Positions 10,619 through 18,448 of a DNA stretch of 64,000 bases are shown here, in pieces. A program made the position numbers and the translations under genes. Positions within the stretch are counted from its first letter, which is position 1. Each line of letters starts with the position of its first letter. This DNA comes from Candidatus Nitrospinota bacterium M3_3B_026 (GTDB lineage: Bacteria; Nitrospinota_A; UBA7883; JBPRGF01), in NCBI GenBank assembly GCA_051418015.1, contig JBPRGF010000017.1, positions 32,001 to 96,000 of the forward strand. The letters run 5' to 3'. The notes under the pieces are model-generated. The model saw only the letters and a program-made list of their open reading frames with translations. It had not been told where the DNA came from and did not search any database.

Positions 10619-11767
10619 CTATAGCTCCCCCAAAAGCTTTTCGATATCCTCGAAGGTGTTGAAAAAATGGGGGGAGACTCTTATCCCGTCGCCTCTCTCG
10701 ATGACCAGTATCTTCGATTCGGCGAACTTTTTTAAGATCTCCCCGTTTCGCTCGGGGTCGGGGGCGGAGAAGATGAGTATCCCGGAGCGCTCCTCGGCGC
10801 CCATGGGAGACAATACTTTGTATCCTTTGGACTTAAGTCCATCCACAAGCTTTTCGTTAAGGGCCAGGACATGCGAAAAATTGTGCTCCACGCCCATGGA
10901 CATCACAAGCCTGAGCGACTCGGCCAGGCCGTAAATCCCGACAAGGTTCGGCGTCCCCTCCTCGAACCGCTCCGCGCCGGGCCGGATCGTAAAGTCTATC
11001 TTCCCGAAGTTATGGCAGTCCGCGACCGTGTTCCACCCGACCCTGGTCAGGCGCAAAAGGCCCATCTCCTTGCGGTCGATGAAAAAAATCCCGATCCCCT
11101 CCGGCGCGCAGAGCCACTTGTGCCCCCCGCAGGCCAGGAAGTCGATGTTCAGCCCCTTGACGTCCATCGGGATCAGGCCCAGAGACTGTATGGCGTCGAC
11201 GAAAAGGAAAAAACCCTCCTCCCGCGCCATTTGCCCAAGCGCCGCAAGGTCCGTCCTCTGCCCCGTGGAAAATTGAACCGAGGAGATGGCGACGATCCTC
11301 GTCCTGGGCGTGAGGGCGGCCCTGATGGCGTCCAGCGTCACGCGCCCGTTCTCGCTTTTGACGACCCTGACAATCACCCCAAGGCGCTCGAGGTTCAGCC
11401 ATGGGTAGACGTTGGAGGGGAACTCGAGGTCGTTGATTATCACCTCGTCCCCCTCCCTCCACGGATACCCAGAGGCCACCAGCGACACGCCGTCAGACGT
11501 GTTCCGTATGAAGGCGACCTCATCCTCCCCCGCGCCGGTGATCTTCGCCGCCAGCGCTCGTGTCTCGGCGGCCTTCTTCTTCCACTCCTCCATGCCAAGG
11601 TAGCCCCGCTCCGACTGCCCGGCCAGCAGCGCCGACATCGCGTCCCTGGATGGGGCGGGAAGCGGGGCCATTGAGGCCGAGTTCAGGAAGGTGTAACCGG
11701 CCAGCATGGGAAAATTCGAGCGTATTTTCGCGGACTCTTCGGCAGTGAATACAGGATCGTCGATCAT
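10619..11767 (-). CDS. Aminotransferase class V PLP enzyme
   Basis: FLNSASMAP, EFPSNVYPW, VDAIQSLG, GGHKWLCAPEG (PLP Lys), RFEEGT, IRVSPHFFNT. No SufS/IscS catalytic Cys loop seen. Confidence 0.88.
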   Translation of the reverse strand: MIDDPVFTAEESAKIRSNFPMLAGYTFLNSASMAPLPAPSRDAMSALLAGQSERGYLGMEEWKKKAAETRALAAKITGAGEDEVAFIRNTSDGVSLVASGYPWREGDEVIINDLEFPSNVYPWLNLERLGVIVRVVKSENGRVTLDAIRAALTPRTRIVAISSVQFSTGQRTDLAALGQMAREEGFFLFVDAIQSLGLIPMDVKGLNIDFLACGGHKWLCAPEGIGIFFIDRKEMGLLRLTRVGWNTVADCHNFGKIDFTIRPGAERFEEGTPNLVGIYGLAESLRLVMSMGVEHNFSHVLALNEKLVDGLKSKGYKVLSPMGAEERSGILIFSAPDPERNGEILKKFAESKILVIERGDGIRVSPHFFNTFEDIEKLLGEL

Positions 11768-11832
11768 GGGTTCAAGGGTAACCGGTTGAACATCCTTGCG
11801 CAAGCCCGCCCGCTCCCGCGACGGCCTTGCTG

Positions 11833-11901
11833 GCGCCCTGAACTTGTTTCAGGGTCTCGCCCCTTTGGTGATTCGAGATGCTGAAATAAATTCAGCATGA
11901 C
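11833..11901. repeat. REP-like inverted doublet of short palindromes
   Basis: GCGCCCTGAACTTGTTTCAGGGTCTC (11833-11858) and inverted GAGATGCTGAAATAAATTCAGCATGAC (11875-11901); each is a hairpin and they are mutually complementary. Confidence 0.7.
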
Positions 11902-11910
11902 AAAAATATC

Positions 11911-12053
11911 CCCTCCCCCGGCGGGAGGGTTTTTGTGGATGGCTCCGGAGTTTGCTTTTTTCTCCCCCTTTACAAGGGGGAGTCCGCCGCCAGGCGGGAG
12001 GGGGTATTACTCATATCACCCCCACCTCGATCCTCCCCTTTCAAGGGGGAGGA
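11911..12053. repeat. Cluster of CCCTCCCC...GGGGAGG palindromic repeats
   Basis: CCCTCCCCCGGCGGGAGGG, CTCCCCCTTTACAAGGGGGAG, TCCTCCCCTTTCAAGGGGGAGGA; same family as 41992-42136. Confidence 0.7.
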
Positions 12054-12196
12054 TGTTTTTGTCAATGACCATGTTTCACTGTCCCTGGCTCGTGTTTCAC
12101 CCACCTCATCCGGGAATCGGGGTGTGGAAAAGCGGTTTACAGGCCTCCAGTGTATGGTTTAGTATAATCCAGTTAAGGTGATTTTGGTGTTTAAAA

Positions 12197-13042
12197 ATGA
12201 ATGATTTGAAATTCGCCGACCTGCATACGCATACGACCTGCTCCGACGGGACGGACACGCCCGCTGAGCTTGTCCGCAGGGCGGCCGAAATGGGCTACGC
12301 GGCGGTGGCGATCACCGATCATGACACCTGCTCCGGGCTGCCCGAGGGCGAGGAGGCCGCGGCGGCGCTTGGCGTGGAGCTCATCCCGGGCATAGAGGTG
12401 TCCACGTACATAGGTGAAAAAAGCGTCCACATACTCGGCTACATGATGGACGTGGAGGCGGAGAGCTTCAAGGAGATACTGGAGCTGAACGCCGGCGGCC
12501 GCATGGAGAGGATGCGGCGCATGGTGGACAAGCTCAACGGCCTCGGATACAGGGTGGAGCTTGACGATCTGCTCGAATACATAGGCGGCGGTACGGTGGG
12601 CAGGGCGCTGCTCGCGAAATACCTTGTCCACAGGGGCCATTTCGGCAGCGTGGAGGAGGTTTTCGCCAAAATCCTGGGCGACGGCAAGCCGGTCTACGAG
12701 CCGGTGCCCAAGCTCTCGCCGGAGAAGGCTATACGGCTCATCGCCCAATCCGGCGGTGTATCCTCCCTGGCCCACCCGGGGCATACCATGGTGGACGACG
12801 AGATACCAGCCATGGCGCGGGCGGGCCTGGACGGAATAGAGACGTTCAGCCCCCAGCACGACGCCCGCCAGGAAAGGCGCTACGTTGAGCTGGCCCGCCG
12901 TCACGGCCTGTTAGTCACCGGCGGGTCGGACAGCCACGGCGGCGGCGACGGCTGGCGGGACCTCGGATCCGTGAAGCTGCCTTATGAAAACGTTGAGCGC
13001 CTGAAGGAGCGGGCGGCCCGCGCGGCCGCCCTGAACGGATAA
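12197..13042 (+). CDS. PHP domain phosphoesterase (TrpH/YciV-like)
   Basis: DLHTHTTCSDG, AITDHD, GIEVS, HILGY, LAHPG, TGGSDSHG. Confidence 0.9.
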   Translation: MNDLKFADLHTHTTCSDGTDTPAELVRRAAEMGYAAVAITDHDTCSGLPEGEEAAAALGVELIPGIEVSTYIGEKSVHILGYMMDVEAESFKEILELNAGGRMERMRRMVDKLNGLGYRVELDDLLEYIGGGTVGRALLAKYLVHRGHFGSVEEVFAKILGDGKPVYEPVPKLSPEKAIRLIAQSGGVSSLAHPGHTMVDDEIPAMARAGLDGIETFSPQHDARQERRYVELARRHGLLVTGGSDSHGGGDGWRDLGSVKLPYENVERLKERAARAAALNG

Positions 13043-13058
13043 AGGAGGGTGAACTGAA

Positions 13059-13337
13059 ATGAGATTGCGCAGGGAGATGATAGACTACCTGGCTGACCGC
13101 ATAGTCAAGGGCCTTGCTGAAAAAGAACACGTGGAGACCGACGACGACGACGCCGTGGCTTCGAACGTCGCCGAGATCATCGTCGAGGACCTTTCGGTGG
13201 AGGACGACCTCAACGTCGAGGTCAAGGCGATGCTGGAGAAGATGGAGGACGAGATCGACAGGTCCAACATCAACTATCGCAAGATGTTCCAGATGGTGAA
13301 GCAGAAACTGGCCAGGGAACGGGGCCTGATACTTTAA
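13059..13337 (+). CDS. DUF507 family protein
   Basis: MRL.REMIDYLA...ED.LN.EV..ML...YRKMFQMVK.KLARERGLIL; AAAGGAGG RBS. Confidence 0.8.
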   Translation: MRLRREMIDYLADRIVKGLAEKEHVETDDDDAVASNVAEIIVEDLSVEDDLNVEVKAMLEKMEDEIDRSNINYRKMFQMVKQKLARERGLIL

Positions 13338-13357
13338 TGGAAAGCGAGGGATTTTAA

Positions 13358-13645
13358 GTGAAACTCAGCAGGGAGAAGATAAACCATCTCTCCAAGCTCA
13401 TACTGGACGGCCTTCTCAAGGACGACAGGGTGGAGTTCTTCTGCGACGAGAACGACCTCAGGCTGGAGATAGTAAACATCCTGAGGGAAGAGCTCGAGAT
13501 CGAGGACGAGATAGACGACGCCGTACGGCGGACCATCGAGTCCTATTCCAAGGACATCCGCGAGGGCACGGACGAGTGGGAGATCCTCTACCACAAGCAC
13601 TACAACGAGGAGACCAAGAAGCGTCGGGGAGTATCCCTGGGCTGA
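13358..13645 (+). CDS. DUF507 family protein (second paralog)
   Basis: MKLSREKINHLS...EIDDAVRR.IESY...EGTDEWEILY.K.YNEE. Confidence 0.8.
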   Translation: MKLSREKINHLSKLILDGLLKDDRVEFFCDENDLRLEIVNILREELEIEDEIDDAVRRTIESYSKDIREGTDEWEILYHKHYNEETKKRRGVSLG

Positions 13646-13707
13646 CGGCCCCTCCGGGCCGGCCGCGCGGCCGCGCTCCCCGTCCGCCGAGCGGGCGGTA
13701 AGCGTTT

Positions 13708-14334
13708 CTACCAGCCGAAATACCCCTTCAGGCCGGAGAGGGTGAACTCCGCCCCCATCGCTATCAGGACCAGTCCCATCAGGCGGATCAGTATTCTCAC
13801 GCCCAGCTCCCCCAGCCAGTCCGCTATGATCCCGCTCTTTTTCAGGATCAGCCATGTCAGGCATAAAACGAGCCCCAGCGAACCGAAAAGAGCCGCCCAG
13901 TCCAGAAAACCCTCCGCCCTCCCGGCGAAGACCATTACGGCGGTGATCGCCGCCGGTCCGGCCAGCATGGGCACGGCCAGGGGAATTATGGCCACGTCAT
14001 CCCGCAGCTCCGCCTCGCTCATCTCGCTTTCAGAGCTTTTGTAGGTAACGGACTCCCCCGCCAACATCCTGAACGCCACCTGCGCCAGGATAAGCCCCCC
14101 CGCCACCTGCAGCGCCTGGACGGTTATCCCGAACAGGGTGAATATGGTCCCCCCAAAAAGCATGAAGACGACAAGAGTCCCCCCGGCGGCCCTGACAGCC
14201 CGCGACGCCTCGTCCGTCCGCCGCTCATCCGTCGCTCGCGGCGACAGGGCAATGAGCGTCACCGCCGCGCCGAAAGGATCCAGGATGGAAAAGAGAGTGA
14301 CGAAACTGTTCAAAAACAAAGCCAGCGATTCCAT
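13708..14334 (-). CDS. MarC family membrane protein
   Basis: LFSILDPFG, LFGIT..ALQVAGG, AIIPLAVPMLAGPAAI, RLMGLVL. Confidence 0.9.
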   Translation of the reverse strand: MESLALFLNSFVTLFSILDPFGAAVTLIALSPRATDERRTDEASRAVRAAGGTLVVFMLFGGTIFTLFGITVQALQVAGGLILAQVAFRMLAGESVTYKSSESEMSEAELRDDVAIIPLAVPMLAGPAAITAVMVFAGRAEGFLDWAALFGSLGLVLCLTWLILKKSGIIADWLGELGVRILIRLMGLVLIAMGAEFTLSGLKGYFGW

Positions 14335-14410
14335 GACGGCCCGCCCTCAAACCCGGTTTTCTGTTATCCTATCATTTCATTGTCAGGCGCTTACAGTAAG
14401 CGAGCAAGTC

Positions 14411-15142
14411 ATGGCGAAGCTTTGCGTGAACGTGGACCACGTGGCCACCGTCCGGCAGGCCAGGATGGCCGGTTATCCCGACCCCATCGAGGCCGCCCTG
14501 GAGGCCGAAAAAGCCGGATCGCGCGGGATCACCGTTCACCTGCGCGAAGACAGGCGGCACATCCAGGACAGGGACGTCTTCAGGATAAAAAAAGCGATAT
14601 CGACCAAGCTGAACCTGGAGATGGCCGCCGCGCCGGAGATCATAGAAATCGCCCTCAAGGTCAAACCGTGGCAGGTGACCTTCGTGCCGGAGCGCAGGCA
14701 GGAGATCACCACCGAGGGGGGGCTCGACGTCACGCGCCGCCAAAGAATGCTGAAAGAAACGATAGACAGGTTCAGAGATAAAAAGATACTCGTCTCCCTT
14801 TTCATCGACCCCGACCAGGAGATGGTCCGCGCCGCCGCGGACCTCGGCGCGGACGCCATAGAGATAAACACCGGCCAGTACTCCGAGGCGAGGGCGAAGA
14901 GAAGCCGCGCCGCCGAGCTGAAAAAGATAGAAAAAGCCGCAAAGCTTTCCGCCGGGCTGGTCGGCGCCACCCACGCAGGGCACGGGCTAAACCTGGACAA
15001 CGTCGGCCCCATCGCGGCCATCCCCACGATCGAGGAGCTCAACATAGGCCACAGCATCGTGGCGCGGGCGGTCATGGTGGGCATCCGCGGCGCGGTAAAA
15101 GAGATGATAAAGACCATGGCGGCGGCGAAAGCCGGGACATAA
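14411..15142 (+). CDS. pdxJ: Pyridoxine 5'-phosphate synthase
   Basis: LCVNVDHVATVRQAR, GITVHLREDRRHIQ, NLEMA, VPERRQEITTEGGLD, HAGHGL, ELNIGHSI. Likely start is ATG 14411. Confidence 0.95.
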   Translation: MAKLCVNVDHVATVRQARMAGYPDPIEAALEAEKAGSRGITVHLREDRRHIQDRDVFRIKKAISTKLNLEMAAAPEIIEIALKVKPWQVTFVPERRQEITTEGGLDVTRRQRMLKETIDRFRDKKILVSLFIDPDQEMVRAAADLGADAIEINTGQYSEARAKRSRAAELKKIEKAAKLSAGLVGATHAGHGLNLDNVGPIAAIPTIEELNIGHSIVARAVMVGIRGAVKEMIKTMAAAKAGT

Positions 15143-15175
15143 AATATTGGAAGTCATTGATAAACGGAAGGCGGT

Positions 15176-16165
15176 ATGGACAGGGAAAAAGTAGAGACGC
15201 TATTGAAGGCAAGCCAGTCGGGCGACCCCAACGTCCGCAAGGCCGCGGCGATAGCCCTGGGAGACGCCGACGACTCCCACGCCAGAGCGGCCCTTGCGAA
15301 GATGCTGAAGGACAAGGTCTGGCAGGTGCGGGAGGCGGCCATCTATTCCATCGGCAGGCTCCGGGTGACCGAGGCCGCCCCTTACATGCTCGGCATCCTC
15401 GGCGTCGAGGACGAAGGCGCCGCCCGGGCCGCCATCCTGAAATGGGCCACGGCCAAAGGTGACCAGCAGGAGGCCGGCGCGGCGAAGTCGAGCCCTTTCG
15501 GCGCCGGGGCCGGGGAGAAGAAAAAACCCGCCGAGACGCCTTGGCAGCTTAAGAAAGCAGCCGCCCTCACCTTGAGCAGGCTGAGGCCGGATATAGTCGT
15601 GGAGCCGCTGATCGCGGCCCTCGGGGCGGAGAACCCGGCTTCGAAAATGGCCGCCCTGGCCGGGCTGGGAGGCGTCCAGGCCGAGCAGGCCGTGGAGCAG
15701 GTGGCCGAGGCGCTTTCCGACAACGACTGGAACGTAAGGAAAGTCGCCGCCACCACTCTTGGCAGGCTGAGGGCGCGGGAGGCCGTCCCGCGCCTCGTGG
15801 AGGCCCTCGGCGACAGCAAAACGGCGGTGCGGGTGGAGGCTGTCATAGCCCTGAACCATATCAAGCCCGAGGAGGCGCTCTCCGTCCTCTCCAACACGCT
15901 TTTGACGGACAACAACTACGAGGTGAGGAAAACAGCCGCCACGGCCCTCGGCAACCTCCGGGACGAGGCCGCGGCGGAGACCTTGTACAAGACCCTGGAG
16001 GACGAGAACTGGATGGTCAGAAAGGCCGCTCTCGACGCCCTGACGAACCTGAAGGTCACGGGGGCCATGGACACCATGATCGGTTATCTCAACAACGAGC
16101 AGGAGGATGTAAGAGCCGCCGCCGCGACGGGGATAATCAGGCTGGACGCGATCAGGGGCCAGTAG
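15176..16165 (+). CDS. HEAT/PBS-lyase repeat protein
   Basis: Repeated L.D..W.VR..AA.ALG units throughout. Confidence 0.85.
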   Translation: MDREKVETLLKASQSGDPNVRKAAAIALGDADDSHARAALAKMLKDKVWQVREAAIYSIGRLRVTEAAPYMLGILGVEDEGAARAAILKWATAKGDQQEAGAAKSSPFGAGAGEKKKPAETPWQLKKAAALTLSRLRPDIVVEPLIAALGAENPASKMAALAGLGGVQAEQAVEQVAEALSDNDWNVRKVAATTLGRLRAREAVPRLVEALGDSKTAVRVEAVIALNHIKPEEALSVLSNTLLTDNNYEVRKTAATALGNLRDEAAAETLYKTLEDENWMVRKAALDALTNLKVTGAMDTMIGYLNNEQEDVRAAAATGIIRLDAIRGQ

Positions 16166-16190
16166 CGCTGGCGAAAAGGAAAATAAAAGC

Positions 16191-16218
16191 TAAACAACAC
16201 GTTGCGCCCGGCCGTAAG
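16191..16218 (+). promoter_or_regulatory. Possible sigma-28 (FliA) promoter
   Basis: TAAA-N16-GCCGTAAG upstream of the receiver-TPR/fliL/cheA genes. Spacer is one base longer than the N15 consensus. Confidence 0.3.
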
Positions 16219-16347
16219 TAGAAAGAGCGGTGGAAACCTTTGCCGGCGGCCCGAACGCCGGGTTTTTCTCCCTTTCATGTTATATTATGAGACAAAAGCC
16301 AGTTTTATCGGAAATCGCGGGTTCGAGCCCGCCTTCGGCGTTGTTCC

Positions 16348-17538
16348 ATGAGCGCTTTTGATCCTGGGCAGATGGTCGTCCTGATAGTGGACGACTCTTT
16401 CAACATGCGCCGCTCGATGAAGAACATGCTGCGCCACATAGGCTTCAAAAAGTTCATCGGCGCGGCCGACGGCGACGCGGCGTGGAAAATACTGGGCGAC
16501 AGGAAGGTCGACTTCATAATCTGCGACTGGAACATGCCGCGCCTTCCAGGGCTGGAGCTTCTCCGGCTCGTCCGCGACAACCCTTCGCTGCGGGAGATCC
16601 CGTTCCTGATGATGACCGCCGAGGTGTCCGAGTCCCGGATAGTCCAGGCCGCCGAGACGGAGGTGGACGGCTACATCATAAAACCCTTTGTGGCCAGGAC
16701 ACTGGAAGAGAAGATCAAGAGGGTGCTGAAACAGAAGGAGACCCCCTCCCTGTTCGAACTCCACATGAAGGAGGGACAGAGGCTCCTGGAGGACTCGGAT
16801 TTCGACGGAGCGGAGCGGGAGTTCACCGAGGCGCTGCGCCTCAGGCCGGATTCCGCGCGGGCGCGGCAGGCCTTGGGGGAGGTTTTCACCAGGAAAGGCG
16901 ACCTCCGGGAGGCCGAGAGATGGCTCCACGAGGCGGCGCGGGCGAACCCGCAGTACATCCGCGTGTACGAGAGCCTCGGCGGCCTTTATGAGAAGATGGG
17001 GCGGGCCGACAGCGCCCTCGAGTTCCTGGAGAAGGCGTGCCAGATAAGCCCCCACAACGCCGACAGGCAAAAAAGGCTCGGGCGGTTGTACCTGGAAGCC
17101 GACGAGACGGAGAAAGCCGATCACGCCTTCCAGATGGCGTTGCAAAGCGACAGGGCCAACGCCGACCTGCACACCGAGATCGGTGAGATATACCTGACCA
17201 CGGGGGACAACACCAAGGCCGCCGCGGCCTTCAAAAGCTCCCTTAACATACTGGAGGATATCCACGTCTATAACAGGCTGGGGATCGCCCTCAGGAAAAA
17301 GGGGCGCTTCGCCGAGGCGATAAGGGAATACAACAAGGCCCTGAAGATCGCCCCCGACGACGAGGCGCTCTATTACAACATAGGGAGGGCGCACCTTGAA
17401 AGCGGCGAAGTCGACAACGCCGTCAAATCGCTCACACATGCCTTAAAGCTCGATCCGGATTTCGCCGAATGCAAGGAGCTTCTCGACAGAGTGCGACGCA
17501 TGGAGAAGCAGCGGGCCGGAGGGCAGGTTGAACGATGA
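16348..17538 (+). CDS. CheY-like receiver domain plus TPR repeat protein
   Basis: LIVDDS, FIICDWNMP..GLELL, FLMMTAE, YIIKPF, followed by multiple TPRs (e.g. YNRLGIALRKKG). Confidence 0.88.
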   Translation: MSAFDPGQMVVLIVDDSFNMRRSMKNMLRHIGFKKFIGAADGDAAWKILGDRKVDFIICDWNMPRLPGLELLRLVRDNPSLREIPFLMMTAEVSESRIVQAAETEVDGYIIKPFVARTLEEKIKRVLKQKETPSLFELHMKEGQRLLEDSDFDGAEREFTEALRLRPDSARARQALGEVFTRKGDLREAERWLHEAARANPQYIRVYESLGGLYEKMGRADSALEFLEKACQISPHNADRQKRLGRLYLEADETEKADHAFQMALQSDRANADLHTEIGEIYLTTGDNTKAAAAFKSSLNILEDIHVYNRLGIALRKKGRFAEAIREYNKALKIAPDDEALYYNIGRAHLESGEVDNAVKSLTHALKLDPDFAECKELLDRVRRMEKQRAGGQVER

Positions 17539-18200
17539 ACAAGAAACGAAGAACCGAGCTTGACATCGACCCGTCGATAATCGCCGAAAAACCTCCTCCC
17601 GAAAAAACCGGCGAACAACACCCCCCTCCCCCTTCCGCGCCGCCAGAGGCCGAAAAGCCCCGGGAAACCCCCGAGGAGCCAAAGCCCGGGAAACGGAGAA
17701 TAAATTACCTGAAACTTTCGCTCCTTGCCCTGACGAGCGCCGCACTGCTTGGTGTGGCCGCGGCGATTGGATTCGCCCTGATAAGCGTGATTCAGTCGCT
17801 GCCCGAAAAGACCGCCGAGGAAGAGCCCGAAAAGACCCCGCCCGCCCCCCTCGTCCCGCAGGAGCCGGAACCCGCGGAAAAAGCGGTAGAAATCCCCGAC
17901 CCGCCTCTGTATGAGTTCGAGCCGTTCTTTGTTTCCCTGGGGCGGGAAGACGACATCTCGCTGATCCGCGTCGGCTTCGCCGCGAAAATGAGCGGGAAGG
18001 ACGTCGAGGCGGAGATAGAGCGAAACCTGACCCTGGTAAGGGAGAACATATATTTCGTCCTCGGTGAAAAGGGGCTGGATGATTTCAGGAAACAGGAAAA
18101 TCGGGAAAAGACGGCCGTCGAGGTTGCAATAGCCATCAACAGGTCGATACAGTCCGGCGCCGTCGAAAAGGTCCTGGTCACAAGCCTTACGATACGATGA
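17535..18200 (+). CDS. FliL-like flagellar basal-body-associated protein
   Basis: Pro-rich N-terminus, one TM helix, FEPFFVSL, VRENIYFVL, IN..IQSGAVEKVLVTSLTI. Confidence 0.7.
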   Translation: MNKKRRTELDIDPSIIAEKPPPEKTGEQHPPPPSAPPEAEKPRETPEEPKPGKRRINYLKLSLLALTSAALLGVAAAIGFALISVIQSLPEKTAEEEPEKTPPAPLVPQEPEPAEKAVEIPDPPLYEFEPFFVSLGREDDISLIRVGFAAKMSGKDVEAEIERNLTLVRENIYFVLGEKGLDDFRKQENREKTAVEVAIAINRSIQSGAVEKVLVTSLTIR

Positions 18201-18448
18201 CCTTTCGCCTTCGCGGGCCGATGCTCCCGCCGCCGAAATCGTTTCTGACAGATTTCATTACGCCCGTGATCCGCGCTCGGTCAATTGGGCGCTGTTTTTA
18301 AAATCCGGCGGCCTATTCATGGTTGCCCAACGACGGTCAACCTGTTATTATTTTTAAAAAGAGGGGGTTAGAGGGGGTCATGCCCGGAGCTTGGTCCGGA
18401 GCGTCGGTTGTTTGTCCGAAGGTCTTGACGAGCCTGTGAGGATGGTAG

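Noticed and set aside
10619..11767. Cysteine desulfurase or selenocysteine lyase partner for the TusA-like protein
   Set aside because: It lacks the catalytic Cys loop of IscS/SufS and is 18 kb away; kept as a generic class V aminotransferase.
4037..13645. Tandem paralog pairs (CNNM x2, M16 x2, DUF507 x2) as recent duplications
   Set aside because: The pairs are highly diverged and such tandem arrangements are common for these families.
13643..13690. TGA stop of the second DUF507 gene followed by GC hairpins, as a possible Sec site
   Set aside because: The protein is already full length, there is no Cys context and no GU loop at the matching offset. More likely a terminator between convergent genes.
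14138..14410. N-terminal extension on PdxJ in the ORF track
   Set aside because: It overlaps marC on the opposite strand; PdxJ similarity starts at ATG 14411.
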